A stretch of DNA of 50,706 nucleotides from Chiloscyllium plagiosum (Eukaryota): the NCBI RefSeq assembly GCF_004010195.1, contig NC_057719.1, positions 44,753,110 to 44,803,815 on the forward strand, read 5' to 3'. Of the stretch, positions 12,130-25,370 are shown in pieces. The position numbers were made by a program, and so were the translations under genes. The notes under the pieces were generated by a model that saw only the letters and a list, made by a program, of their open reading frames with translations, was not told where the DNA came from and made no database searches. The stretch's first letter is position 1, and every line of letters begins with the position of its first letter.

Positions 12130-12330
12130 TGTTGGATGAAGAAATATAGTTCAAGACACAGAGGAATTCTCTGCTATTGTTAAGTAACGTTATGAGACTT
12201 TGTTTTTACATCCACCTAACCTGTCAGACCATTTGTCATCTGATCTAAGGCATCTCCAACACAGCACCATTTCCTCAGTACTACACCAAGGGGTGTCTGT
12301 CTGGATCATTCACTGAGACCCAACCCCCAC
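12130..12330 (-). repeat. Old Deu-domain-type SINE remnant
   Basis: gaattctct..atgagact..tttacatccacct..cctcagtactacac resembles the recalled DeuSINE/SacSINE core. Confidence 0.4.
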
Positions 12331-13315
12331 CAACTGTCATCAGAAGGCAACCACCTGGAAATATTGCATGAACCAGGTGCAAGGGCACTCCCTTCATTTG
12401 GATGGGAACGTTCAGTGTTCACCAGGGATTTGAACTCTGGCCTTGTTTAAATGAGATGTTGACCAGGGATGTGTCCTGGGTAACACTGGGAAATTGTTGG
12501 GAAAAGAAGTTTGGAATTTCTGTCTGCTGAATCTTTGGCAACAAGGTAAAAGGGAGGGGAAATCTTGAACAGGGATCTCTTTATAAACAGATACCCACTT
12601 CCTCGAAGTGCATAAAACCCCGTTACCATTCTCATGAAATGATAGATAAACCTTGCATAAGGCATTATTGTTCCAGCTTAAGTAGCTCTCCTTAAAGGGA
12701 TCCCTAGGGAAACCTGGCTGCCATTTTGGTGAAAGTTCCATGTGGTTTGGGGAGGCTGATATATTCTGTTTCCAAGCTACAGAGGCCATGTATGGCCTGT
12801 TTTTACTTCCCAACATGCCTGACCTGTTGGCTGGTTCTTGTCAAACCATATGAGCTCCAAATCAGCATCCAAATGTTAGCTTGCCTGTGAAATTTCAATG
12901 ACTCCTGTAGCTGATATAGTTTGGGTCTCCAAAAGGTGACTTTGAGATGGGCACTACTAACTTTAGGCCTGTTTGATATTAGTGACACACTTATATTGAT
13001 AGTCAAATAAATTTCATTTCCATTACTATATCTGATATAAAATCTGAGAGTTGTCAGGGTGATCAGACATTAGTCATTTTTAGTCATTGAAAATTAATCT
13101 CAAACAAGAAATAGAAAGGGTAATTTTTTGGAGAAGGGAATGACATTTTTATATTATTAGAATTTTTGAAAGTTAACTAACATGAAGTCAACTTGTGTTT
13201 AATCTATAGATCAACAGTACAAACAGTTAATACAAAATGGGGATTTAACACTTAGTTGTGCATTCTTACCAATAAAAGATCTTTTTAAAATTTAATTTTC
13301 TTTTGCCACTCTTAG

Positions 13316-13436
13316 AACCTGGATTACCGACTGAAGGACTCTCATAGAGGATGCCTGTTGTAGTGTTACTAAATTCACCAAGTTACACTGCAACAGGAGG
13401 ACTGATCATGACTGACAGCTTCGTGAGCAGGTCAAG
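13316..13436 (+). other. Candidate exon, stops in all three frames
   Basis: Strong acceptor ttttcttttgccactcttag, donor AAG|gtaaat. Confidence 0.25.
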
Positions 13437-13580
13437 GTAAATGCCACTGCACTTATCTATTGAATAACTTCCCTTGGGTTGACAGAATTGTGCTTTACTT
13501 AGAGTTACTGGATTGCACTGTGCCTTGTCTTGGTTTGAACTCTTTACTGATTCATATATCTCCTAATCCTTCTGTGACAG

Positions 13581-13678
13581 TGATGTTCAATCAACCAAGG
13601 CAGTTAGTGCCAGCAGGAGAAAGAAACACACAGATTGACTGGGACTGTTTCAGCAGTAGCAGATTGGTGACCTCCAAG
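13581..13678 (+). other. Candidate exon (98 nt)
   Basis: cctaat branch-like motif plus ccttctgtgacag acceptor, donor AAG|gtaata; open in phase 1 as (V)MFNQPRQLVPAGERNTQIDWDCFSSSRLVTSK. Confidence 0.25.
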
Positions 13679-14544
13679 GTAATATTATTCTTTGATTACA
13701 CACTTAAATGCAGTCATTTACTGAAATGAATGAAGAATTATATTATTGATATGTAACACATGGCGAAACATTGCCTGCATTTTATCATTTCAGTGTTATT
13801 TAGCGAACAATAACTCAGAATTACAGAAGTATAGAACCAAGATTAAGACAGTATTTTTCTGTCTTTTGCTATGATGGTTTTAAGTATAATACCTAGTTTA
13901 AAAAGTGAAAGCTAGAAAATGGAAATGCTTGACTCTGAAAATGTATATTTTGTAGAAGTCAGTTTTCAATGGATGGATAATCCAGCTCAAGGAAAATGAG
14001 AATATTTTTTCTGGGATTTTTTTAGTTCTGTCACCTCTTCACACTATGTTAGCCTGGTTATAAGATCACAACTGCTTCTCTGCTCAGTCACAAGATCCCC
14101 AATGGTCTCCTCATGTTCATAGAAGGACTCCACTTGTTTCTGGTGGATGTCCTTGCTAGTTGAAAACAGCAAGTTTAAGTAGAAACCTGTTGGTGCAGAG
14201 CAGGATATCAGCATGTCAGGTAAGTCCCATTGGTGATTTTAATCGAATATTCCAGTAGTATTGAAGTGATGTGGATAGGGCCTCAGTCCCATATTGCATG
14301 TGGAAGTTAGAATGGAGGACCTTAGGCTCCAGGCTGGTGGGATTTATCAGGGGTCCAGACTAAAAGCAGCTGAGAGAGAGTCTGAGGCAAACAGAGTCCA
14401 GAACGGGCAGTTTCAAAGGCCTGCCTCCATTCCCAAAAAGCTTTGGCATCGTGCATTAAACCGACTATCTCGCATCTATTCACTCTCGCAACAAAATACC
14501 TGTACTCTCTCAACCTCTTGAATTATCAGCTTGTGGACTAGAAA

Positions 14545-14830
14545 CCTTCCCTAGACGGAGGTATCAATGACCAGGGGCCATAGATTTAAGGTAACAGGCA
14601 GAGGGTCTAGAGGACATATAAAGAAACCTTTTTCACCCAGAGGCTGGTAGGAATCTGAAACTCACTGCCTGTAAGGGCATAGAGTAGAAACCTTCATAAC
14701 ATTTTAATATGTATGTAGAAGTGCACTTGTGATGCTAAGGCAGACAAGGCAATGGGCCAAGAGCTGGAAATGGGATTAGAATAGCTAGTTTTTGGTGAGC
14801 ACAGACATGATGGTCTGATGGGCCTTTTTC
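14545..14830 (+). mobile_element. Old CR1 3' fragment
   Basis: accaggggccatagatttaaggt..ttttcacccagagg..gagctggaaatgggattag matches CR1 3' ends elsewhere in the window. Confidence 0.75.
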
Positions 14831-15152
14831 ATAGAATCTCTGCAGTGAAGAAATAGGCCCTTCAGCCCAAGAAGTCCACACTGATCTTCCAAAGAGTAAC
14901 CCACCAGACCAATTCCCCTTACCCTATTATCCCACACTAATGCACCTAACCTACACATTGTTAAACACTACGTGTAACGTAGCATGGCCAATTCACCTAA
15001 CTTGCACATCTTTGGATTGTGGGAGGAGATGGCAGCACCTGGAGGAAACCCAAGCAGACACGGAGAGAATGTGCAAACTCCACACAGACAGTCACCCAGG
15101 CCCCTGGCGCTGTGAGGCAGCAGTGCTAACCACTGAGCCACTGTGCCACCCT
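14831..15152 (-). mobile_element. HE1 V-SINE (older)
   Basis: gtgcaaactccacacagac, gctgtgaggcagcagtgctaaccactgagcc. Confidence 0.88.
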
Positions 15153-15356
15153 TTTTCTCTGCTGTAGCCCTATAAGACTTTACAATAAGATGGTATCTCC
15201 AGCAGAACTACTATAATATTTCATTTGTCTGATATCATTTTCTACTTGAAGTTCAGCTTAGCCCATAGAAATTATTGTTCAGATTTTGCAACATAACTGG
15301 GAAAATAGTCAACATTTCTCATGCCATGTGCATAGTAAAATTAGTTGTTGTTTTCT

Positions 15357-16280
15357 TTAATTCATTCATGGGATGTGGGTATTTCTGGCGTGGCCAGCAT
15401 TTATTGTCCATAGTTGTCCTTAACAAGGTGGTAGTGAGCTACTTTCTACAATCAATGCAGTCCATTTGGTGTAGCTAAATCCACAGTGCTGTTTAGGGAA
15501 GAGATCCAAGATTTTTTTTAAATTAGATTAGATTAGATTACTTACAGTGTGGAAACAGGCCCTTCGGCCCAACAAGTCCACACCGACCCGCCGAAGCACA
15601 ACCCCCCCATTCCCCTATATTTACCCCTTTACCTAACATTACGGGCAATTTAGCATGGCCAATTCACCTAACCTGCACATTTTTGGACTGTGGGAGGAAA
15701 CCGGAGCACCCAGAGGAAACCCACGCAGACACCGGGAGAATGTGCAAACTCCACACAGTCAACCGCCTGAGTTGGGAATTGAACCCGAGTCTCTGGCGCT
15801 GTGAGGCAGCAGTGCTAACCACTGTGCCACCGTGCCACCGTGGTTGACCCAGTGACAGTGAAAGAACAGTGATCTATTTCCAAGTCAGAATGGTGACTGG
15901 CTTGGAAGGGAAGGTGCAGGTGGTGGTGTTCCTATGTTCTGTTGTCCTGGCCCTTCTAGATGGCAGTGGTTGTGGGTTTGGAAGGTGTTGTCTAAAGATC
16001 TTTGTTGAATTTCTGCAGTACATCTTGTATCTAGTACATGCTGCTGCTACTGAGCATCAGTGGTAGACTGTTTGAATGCTTGTGGATGTGGTGACTTAGA
16101 TGGTGTAAAGCTTTTTGAATGTTGTTGGAACTGCATTCATGTAGTCAAGTGGTGAATATTGTATCACATTTCTGACTTCTGCTTTTAGAAGGTGGGCATG
16201 GTTTATGGAGGCAGGAGGTGAAATTACTCACTGCAAGATTCCTACCTCTGACCTCCCCTTGTAGCGGCAGTATTTATGTG
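15357..16280 (-). mobile_element. L2/Crack-like LINE 3' fragment, interrupted by HE1
   Basis: ttcattcatgggatgtggg..ggccagcatttatt..aaggtggtagtgagct shared with 24945-25370 and 43408-45300. Confidence 0.7.
15522..15841 (-). mobile_element. HE1 V-SINE (young)
   Basis: (AGATT)n tail, intact V-domain and head; very similar to 11749-12099. Confidence 0.93.
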
Positions 16281-19004
16281 TATACTTTATCTCTTTAGTA
16301 ATTGGTTCTCATCTATTAGAGTGAAGCGTTCAGCTTTTCCTAAAGGGAAAATGTTATTAGTCATTTATTTCTAAAATGAAGTCAAAACTTCCCACAAAGG
16401 CTCCTCTTCATTCCTTTCTGTGATGCCTGTGCTGTGGAATTCCTGTGTTCACAAGGTTGTTCTGCTTTAAATCCAGGGTTGGCAGTATCACTGTACTTGG
16501 AGAAAGTGAGCTCTGCCATTGCATCATAAAGTGCCCATACAGGAGAACATCCCAGAACCCACTCCGAGGCTGTCAGGATTTACCTGTGGTCTCTCCTATC
16601 ATGGTAGCATATCCTACCATTGCAGGAAAATGTCGGTAAGGTGGGAGGTGGCATTTTATTGGGCATTGAACTGGACCGAGTGGAGACCTAGTATTTGGCC
16701 CTGCATTGGGGTTCACACACCAATGGTAATATACCAACTAGTTGGTGGGTCCCCCTCCTGATCCCTTTCCTGCCATATTTACAGCTGTCTCACCACCCAA
16801 ATCATTGGCAAAAGACTGGGAAAATTCAGACCTCTCTGAAATTGTACACTGGTGTACACGGAGAATCTTAGTAACAAATGACATTCTTTGTGACTGTGAC
16901 CATGGTACATTCTCCCTCTTTAAGTTTACTGATATCTTTAATGCCATTGATCAGATTTCGCTTCCATTAGCCAGTTCTGTAGAACTGCCCTGACCTAAGA
17001 CCTCACTTGGCTATCATAGTGACAGCATTTCTAGCAAAGCTTCTTTTCATATCTAAGCCATCCTTTCTGGAGTCCCACACAAGGATCTACCTATCTATGT
17101 ACTTATCCTTTGCTTTCTTCTTTTTTGTATTTACATATTACCTCTTGGTAGCATCCTGCATGGACTTGGGGATCAGTACTTATGCCAGTTCTGTTTGGGC
17201 AAGTTGTTAAAAAAGTGGTGAGGAAGGTTGTAAAAAGAAGCATAATTTATGTGAATTGAATGACCAACCTCAGCACAATCAAGTTAATGATTATTCACAC
17301 AGTAATTTGTTTACGGTTCAAGATTGTTCATTCACTGCTGGGTGGCCAGCATGTGGCTAATGGATGCAAAAATGACAAATGTTGCATTAGGGTACAACAT
17401 CAAGGGTTGCGAACTGTTGTACTGAAAGCTGCTGTTCAACTTACATAAACAACTCTATTTTCATTGATGACTGTGTTTACATAAGAGACACTGACAGAAT
17501 TCCAAGGCAGATCCCAGCTGCTGGGTAATTCTAAAATGGCCAGTTATATTTTGAGCAGAAATGCTAATATTCTATCCTCCTATTCATGTATGAGAAATAA
17601 ACCTTGAGTTTGGATTTAAGATCACAAACACAGGTAATGAGCAAATGCTATGTTATAGCTGCTGTTTTCCAGTGTCACACATCAATATTGTCTGAGAATT
17701 CATTGTTACTGTGGTTACCAAGCAGATAAGAAGCCTTCCTCCCACAGGCCCAACACAATAGATTCTGTTGTTTTAGGAGTCTAGTTTTCCCATTTTGATA
17801 AAATAGTTGGTATCCTTAGCTAGGCTTTATTAATTACCTAAAAATAGAACCACACAACATCGCCTTCAGTGTGGTCTGCTGAGTCAGCTTTTTAATTTCT
17901 TCATGCAAGACCTACCAATTAGATGGAAACTTATCTTTCCTTTTAAAAGAAATTATTTTTTCATTCGTCTGTGTGACGAGTTTACAAACCTAACACATGA
18001 AAATATGGAACTGTGATCTGTTTGAAATATTCAGTTGGTACTTCGTCTCAAATGGAAGTTAGATGCAGATGTGGAATGCTACTCAACCTAATATGATTTA
18101 TTCAACCAGATAAAATTGTGTCTTCCCTTTACAGTAGATAGCTGTTTCTTGAACTAAACAATTTAGGAAAAGTGCAAACAGCATAGTCACACTTGCCACT
18201 GATGCCTATAGAATTCCCTTCCAGACTCTATTGTTTTCTGGGATTTTGACCACTTCACACAGCCTGTCAAATGGTGAAATATTTTTGGTCTAGCATATAT
18301 TGGCTCATGGAAAATCCTTGGACTTAAGTACTGTGTCCTAGTATAAACTCCTCAAGTCTTCCTGTGCTTAACAAGTTCCAGACTTCAATTCATAACACAT
18401 CTCTCTGAGTTACACAAAGTTTTTGAGTTTGCATGAAGTTATAAAATACAGCCATTCCATGACTGAGTGGCAACAGTCTATTTTAGAAAATTAATCAGTT
18501 CTGTACACATGATGTTTTGCATCACTGCTTCATGCTGTTTTTGTTTATATGCAATTGCTGAATGATTAAATAGGATGAAGAATAATGATTCCATTGTTAT
18601 AGAAGGAACAATGCAGCATGGACTTAATTTAAATCATTGTACTTCATTTCATAGTCTGTGAAAATAATTTAAAATCTGTATCCCTTGTATATGATGCTCA
18701 AGAAACATTATTTTTAGAGTTTTCTATATATTGTTTATGAAGTCATTATATTGTATATACTCATGTACAGGTCAGATTTTATGAAGAATTTTTTAAGCTG
18801 AAATTACGGGGTTGACTAATACACAAAGTATGTTTTCAAGGGGATGAAATTCATGCTTGATATGAGTCAAAAAATGGACAAACAAGAGCCAGATCTCAGT
18901 ATAAAATAATAAACAGCAGAAGGAAAAAGAATTATGGCCATTATTGAATATTTATCTACAAAATAATTGTCTCTATTCTGCCTGCTACGATAGAATGGTA
19001 CACA

Positions 19005-19754
19005 AGTCATAGAGTCATAGAGATGTACAGCATGGAAACAGACCCTTCAGTCCAATCCATCCATGCCGACCAGATATCCCAACCCAATCTAGTCCCACCT
19101 GCCAGCACCCGGCCCATATCTCTCCAAACCCTTCCTATTCATATACCCATCCAAATGCCTCTTAAATGTTGCAATTGTACCAGCCTCCACCACATCCTCT
19201 GGCAGCTCATTCCATCCATGTACCACTCTCTGCGTGAAAAAGTTGCCCCTTAGGTCTCTTTTATATCTTTCCCCTCTCACTGTAAACCTATGCCCTCTAG
19301 TTCTGGACTCCCCGACCCCAGGGAAAAGACTTTGTCTATTCATCCTATCCATGCCACTCATAATTTTGTAAACCTCTATAAGATCTTCCCTCAGCCACCA
19401 ATGCTCTAGGGAAAACAGCCCCAGCCTGTTCAGCCTCTCCCTGTAGCTCAGATCCTCCAACCCTGGCAACATCCTTGTAAATCTTTTCTGAACCCTTTCA
19501 AGTTTCACAACATCTTTCCGATAGGAAGGAGACCAGAATTACACACAATATTCTAAATGTGGCCTAACTAATGTCCTGTACAGCCGCATCATGATCTCCA
19601 TACTACTATGCTCAATGCTTTGACCAATAAAGGAAAGCAAACACCTTCTTCACTATCCTATCTATCTGTGACTCCACTTTCAAGGAGCTATAAACCTGCA
19701 CCCCAAGGTCTCTTTGTTCAGCAAGACTCCCCAGGACCTTACCATTAAGTGTAA
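19005..19754 (-). mobile_element. Young CR1/HER1-like LINE 3' end
   Basis: ORF 19089-19508 KLERVQKRFTRMLPGL..NFFTQRVVHGWNELP; (AGTCATAG)n tail. Confidence 0.95.
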
Positions 19755-20144
19755 GGATTGCATGTTTTCATTGCATATTGCTCATGGAGGACTAATTCAT
19801 AGGTCTGTTATTGAAAATCCTTGCGGAAATAACACATTTTATTAATATTTTCATGTTTAACCACAATGGGGCACTACATATTTGTACAATGCTTTCTCTC
19901 TGAAGTGAAGCACAGATTAGTGGAACATTTACTCAATAAGCTCTAGAAATGAAGAGAGATTATTGGTGAACAAACCAATCTTGAGTTGAGTGATTTAAAC
20001 CATTGGCAGTGAGATCATTCCCCAGTAATACAAAAATTACAATTAATACATTAGAAATGCATTCAGGAAGAGATTATTTATCTTTGTGTTGTTATAATTG
20101 TTAACTATCTTTCCACATAGACATGTACACAAATTGATATCTGT

Positions 20145-20397
20145 TGATTAGATTAGATTCCCTACAGAGTGGAAACAGGCCCTTTGGCCCAACTAGTCCG
20201 CACTGACCCTCCGAAGAGCAACCCACCCAGACCCACTCCTCCTGACTAATGCACTTAACTCTATGGGCATTTTAGCATGACCAATTCACCTAACCTGCAC
20301 ATCTTTGGACTGTGGGAGGAAACCGGAGCACCTGGAGGAAACCCACGCAGACACGGGGAGAATGTGCAAACTCCACACAAACAGTTGCCCGAGGCTG
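20145..20397 (-). mobile_element. 5'-truncated HE1 V-SINE
   Basis: Tail and V-domain present; breaks off at cccgaggctg before the tRNA head. Confidence 0.9.
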
Positions 20398-20743
20398 TGT
20401 TATGAAACAATTATCAAACTTATTTATTGAATCTCTGTGGACAATGTAATTTCTTACTTAACACTGCATAATTCTGAAATCACTAGTAAATGTGAATAGT
20501 ATTGCACTGAGTATGACAGATCTATAGATCATTGGTTTGGGACATATCTCAGTTGCTGGGATTAATGGTAATTCAAATGCCTTCAGTATCTTATGATTTA
20601 TTCACCATATTAGAAATCTGTTTATCTTTGAGTGATACTCTGGGCCGTGACATAGAGAAGCTGTTGCATTAACTCCTCCTCTTGACAATAAAGAATGGAA
20701 ACTGACCAGAAATACATTATGGATTCTGATCAACAGATAACAT

Positions 20744-21941
20744 TGTGACAATACAAGGATAGCAAGCCAAACCAAAACAGCCTCACTATCATTGGCTGGA
20801 TTCACAACACAATGAAATGAAAACATTCAATAACTCTCAAAATTGTTCAATTGTTCCTTACACTTCTTTATGAATAACAGATCTTGAACACTAAATTTAT
20901 AACTTAAACAAAAATTAACATTTTATTAATAATGTAACTTGAGTGGAACAAAGATAAACAACATGGCAGTCAAATTAATATCTATAGTTTATAGTCCAAC
21001 CTTCTCTGATCACAGTCCCGGTACACATAGACAGACAGATACAGTTAAGGGATAAATTAAAGTGAAAATAAATTAATTGGAAATTATAAGTTCAAAGCAC
21101 AGTTTCAAATGATGGCCTTCAGAAATCCTTAGGCAATAAGTCATTCATAAGCCAGTAGAACTGTATAATTCTGAAATCACCAGTTAATGCAAATAGTTCC
21201 AGAAGAATTCTAGAAATATTTACTTAAGCTTACAGACTGAGATTCTTTTCTCAGAATATTCAACAATTCAATGTCTGGAGAGAAACTGGATAACGAGCAA
21301 AACAAAACAGCCCAGTTTTCGGACCTTTTCAAAATAAATCACATCTCCATCTGCCAAACCCTGTTAGAAATAGTTTTCTTTTTGTTTTTGCTTTTCAATC
21401 AGCATTTCCTGTGGTTGACAAAAATAGAAATTGCTGGAAAAACTCAGCAGGTGTGGCAGCATATATGGAGAGAAGTCAGAATTAACATTCTGAAACATTA
21501 ACTCTGACTTCTCTCCACAGATGCTGGCAGACCTGTTGAACTTTTCCAATCAATTCTATTTTTGTCTCTGATGTACGACATCCACAGTTCCTTTGGATTT
21601 TATTCTCTGTGGTTGGCTGGTTAGCACCGGTCCTCCCTTGATTAACCAATTCAATATCCAGCCAGCTGCCAGCCCTGACCATGGTAACATCTTAGTATCA
21701 ATCCGTCCACAATGTTCTTAGATCAATACTTAAGTTGCATTATTTTCCAGGCCAGTTCCCAATAGAAAACATCTGTCTTGGTTCTCTTCCCTTTTAAAAC
21801 AAGCTGCTGTTCAAAATTTAATTCTTAACTTGAACTCTCAGTTCCAAACCAAAAGAAAATGAGAAAAATAAAAGAAAATAAATAGAAGAAAAATATAGAT
21901 GGTTTCAAAAACACAAGCAATGAGTTCAAACTCAAAGATCA
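20744..21941 (-). mobile_element. Possible old solo LTR
   Basis: TGTGAC start, possible ..CA end with ACAT on both flanks, LTR-like composition (reverse AATAAA near 20922, ccatggtaac). Terminal inverted repeat is poor. Confidence 0.25.
21415..21600. repeat. Palindromic Penelope terminal-repeat-derived element
   Basis: gacaaaaatagaaattgctggaaaaactcagcagg..agaagtcagaattaac versus ttaactctgacttctct..cctgttgaacttttcc..tctatttttgtc form inverted arms of about 75 bp. Confidence 0.75.
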
Positions 21942-22147
21942 ACATTGACTGTGTCAACTATCAGCATCTGATGGGAGCTTTGTTTACAATCATATGAATG
22001 ATGACTCCTTTGCCTCACACTTCAGCTTGAAAATTGGCAACAAATTGGCAACTCTCATCTGATGATGGCGACTATGATGAATGCCAGTACAGTTTGGTGT
22101 CTGTGTTGAGTCTTTTCTGTATTGGCTTTCTTATATTTTACTGCCAG

Positions 22148-22207
22148 AGCTGCCAGACCGGAGTTCAAGCTCTTGACTCACTCACGACTAAGTTTATAAA
22201 GTTGTGG
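22148..22207 (+). other. Candidate exon (60 nt, phase 0)
   Basis: Acceptor ctttcttatattttactgccag, consensus donor TGG|gtaagt; open as SCQTGVQALDSLTTKFIKLW. Confidence 0.25.
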
Positions 22208-22899
22208 GTAAGTAGTGGAGTGGAAAAGGGTGTGCCACTGGAAACACCCACAGAAAGACTCATGCTTTTCAGCAGAAAGGCCAGAAAAGGTGCAACTCAA
22301 GAAACACCGAAGTTCATGTTTCAACAGGTGCTGTAGTTTTTAATATTGCTCAGAAGATTGAGTAACAGCATGGAACTTGGATCATGAGCTCAGCAGTTAT
22401 TAGTCACCAAATGACTAACTACAGTGGAAATATTTTCAACAGAGTTGGGATTGAGAATACAATTGAATTGGTCCTTTAAAACTATTGAAGTGTATCTAGC
22501 CTTTGCTGACGTAGGAATTATGAGGTTTGGGGTGGAGTGTGGTAAAGGTGTAAATAATCACAATATCCCCTGACTTGGGGGAGGGAGTAAATATTTTTCT
22601 GTTAGAAGTATATACATTGGATGAAGGCATGATTGATTTCCATTCTCCACCCCACCTCCCTCACACATTTCAGTAGTTCACTGATTCATATTATCTGCTT
22701 TTATATTTGAAGAATTGTCATTTGAGAATCTTACTGAATTGTTTCCAACATCCATTGGATTGTAATCAAAGAGGGTTGACGGGGAGATTAAATTAGACGA
22801 ATATTCCTCCTTCCCCAGACATTAGAGGGAGCATTCACTGGGAGTGGGATCCCAACCTGGATATTACTTTCTCTCCAGTCTAAGATGGTATAGTACCCC

Positions 22900-23480
22900 A
22901 AAGGAGAAAAGGTGTAATAGCAGACATATATCAAATGTCTGAAACTTTTATGGAGTTATTTTCAGCTCCCCACTGAATGAAGCTGATGTCCACACTTCGA
23001 AGGTCACACAACTGACAACACTCCCACCCACTTTGTGTCTCCTCCCCGCAGCTTCCAAACAATCACAAATTGAAGTAGATGCCATCCACTGGATTTTGTT
23101 GTCTTTCCCAGAGGTAAAAACCTAAATGTGCCACAAGTGTCTAAAATGTCCATCCAATGTATTCAAGCAAGCTGACTTCTCAGCCCCTTGATCTGATATA
23201 GGGTCAAAACCTGAGATCACCAGCAGTCACCCGACATCTGTACTGGGATGTTGCGTCTTGGCTTGAGATACAAAGTTCGAAAATTCCAAGGATATCTGGA
23301 TCCAATGTCGAGTGTATTGTCCACTCAGCGCTGCTTCTAGTAGATTTATTTTAATTTGCCAGCAGCTAGGTAGCTCTGTGGGTTGCTACCCCATGTGGTG
23401 TTATTTATAGATTTCCAGGACAGATGTTATGCGGATCACTGAGTTAATAATCCCAGGTTCTGGCTGCCCAGGAGAATGAA
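22900..23480 (-). pseudogene. Highly decayed PIF/Harbinger transposase relic
   Basis: Collinear remnants TLDIGSRYPWNFRTLYLKPRRNIP, G*LLVISG, LRSVDIS, SGELKITP*K..ICLLLH resemble HARBI1-type ARYPGS.HD, GWLLGD.GY, FRCLD.SGG.L..CC.LHN. Confidence 0.35.
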
Positions 23481-24944
23481 GTAAGTTTGAATGCTGCATT
23501 GTGCAAATATGTTTCATTCCCAAAAATTTTTTAAAAGTTTTTATGAACTCTATTGTCTCCAATTTAATAGGTTAATGGACAAAAGCTCCAGCTACTGAAG
23601 CACAAGGTTACACTGATGACCCCAGGTTCAAAGCTAGATCTATGCTAAATTCGTTGATACAGCTGAGGGAGTAATTAAAGTATGAGAGTTAACAACGGTG
23701 ACCTTGGTTGTGTGGGTGATGAAAGATCAGCCAGATTTTCTTCTCAATATTCGGTATTTGACTCTTGCTGTAAAATGGGCATGTATGGATGTAACATGAA
23801 GGCAACATTATGCTGGACTTTAAGGTTCTCAATGGTTAAACACCCCACGGATGTTAGATAAATAATTAAAACCAACCATTTGGATGAAATCTTTAAAAGT
23901 TCTTGCGGAACTGCACCTGGGCAAACAGCATAAAGAAAGGAAGATAAAAACCGAGTAACATTTGAGGGAAAAAAAACTAGAAACACAAAATAAATTCTTT
24001 CTGTTCTACAAATGCTGCTCCCTATTTATTGGAAGTGACTGGAATGAGGTAGGGCAAAAACAGAGAGAAATAAGATCCTTACATCTCCACTTAACCCTTT
24101 GATATTACTGAATGACTGCAGTCAAGTGACTTCAATCTTTATTTCTATTTGTACTCTTCATTAGTTTTGGATTACAATTAAGACTTCCAACTGTTTGGTG
24201 TTGTATGAAGAACTAACACACAATTTAATTAGAATTTTATCAAGAAATGAAAAGAGGACATTCAGAGATAATTTTATGTTAACTGTAACTTTGTGTTTTG
24301 ACACTATTGGTTTGAACAGCAGCAACAGCAGGATCCACCCTGACAGTGTACTGGACATTTAAATGTCCACTAGTGCTGCATCCCTTTCAAAATGTAGTTC
24401 ATTGTAAATTCACAAACCTGAATCAGCATTTTTCCCAAAAGGTTGGGCTTCCTTTTATTTATGAACTATAATATTAAATAGTGTGAACTAAATGTATAAT
24501 AGGCAGATTATAGCTGAGTTTCAAACCGATGGAATCAAACGTTGTGGAAACATACATTAAATGAAATGTAAAATGTATGCTTGTGATTGAAACTTGTAAT
24601 AATGGTAATAACTCCATTATTTTTTAAAAGTTCGACCTTATCCTGAAGACGTTGTATCTTTGCTGATATACATTTTCATGAAGCCAATTATCCTCTGGGG
24701 CATTCAAGTAGTCTTGGGTTTTGGCAGATATTCAACTATCAGGGTCATTATAGTTAGGGCTGATCCAGCTTTAAGCCTATGTCCACATGTTTACAGTGGA
24801 GGGAATTGGAATTATGACCAATTTTTCCATGATTAACTAAACACTCACTGAGATAAACTGTAGCATTGATATTGCCACATTGGCCCTAATCATCTATGTG
24901 AAAGGATCAGATTTAGCCTTTTCTGACTTATAAAGTTTGTTTTG

Positions 24945-25370
24945 TATTCACTCAGGGGATGTGGGTGTCGCTAGCTGGACCAGCATTTATTGCTCATTCC
25001 TAGTTGCACTTGAGAAGGTGGTGGTGAGCTGCCTTCTTGAATTGCTGCGGTCCATTTGCTGTAAGCAGGCCCACAATGCCATTAGGGAGGGAGTTTCAGG
25101 AATTTGAAGCAGTGACACTAACGAAATGGTGATATATTTTCAAGTCATGATGGTGAGTGGCTTGCAAGAAAACTTGGTGGTGTTTCTATGTATCTGCTGC
25201 CCTTATCCTTCAAGATGGTAGTGGTCGTGGATTTGGAAGGTGCTGTCTTATCAGCCTTGGTGAATTTTTGCACTGCATCTTGTAGATGGTACATTCTTCT
25301 ACACCTGAGCATTGGTGGTGAGGGAACGGATGTTTATGGATATGGTGCCAATCAGGTGGTTTGGATACTC
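24945..25370 (-). mobile_element. L2/Crack-like LINE 3' fragment
   Basis: ORF 25210-25461 CTIYKMQCKNSPRLIRQHLPNPRPLPS; shared 3' end. Confidence 0.75.

Noticed and set aside
24352..24369. 18-bp perfect palindrome TGGACATTTAAATGTCCA
   Set aside because: Compatible with chance in 50 kb of AT-rich DNA; no supporting structure
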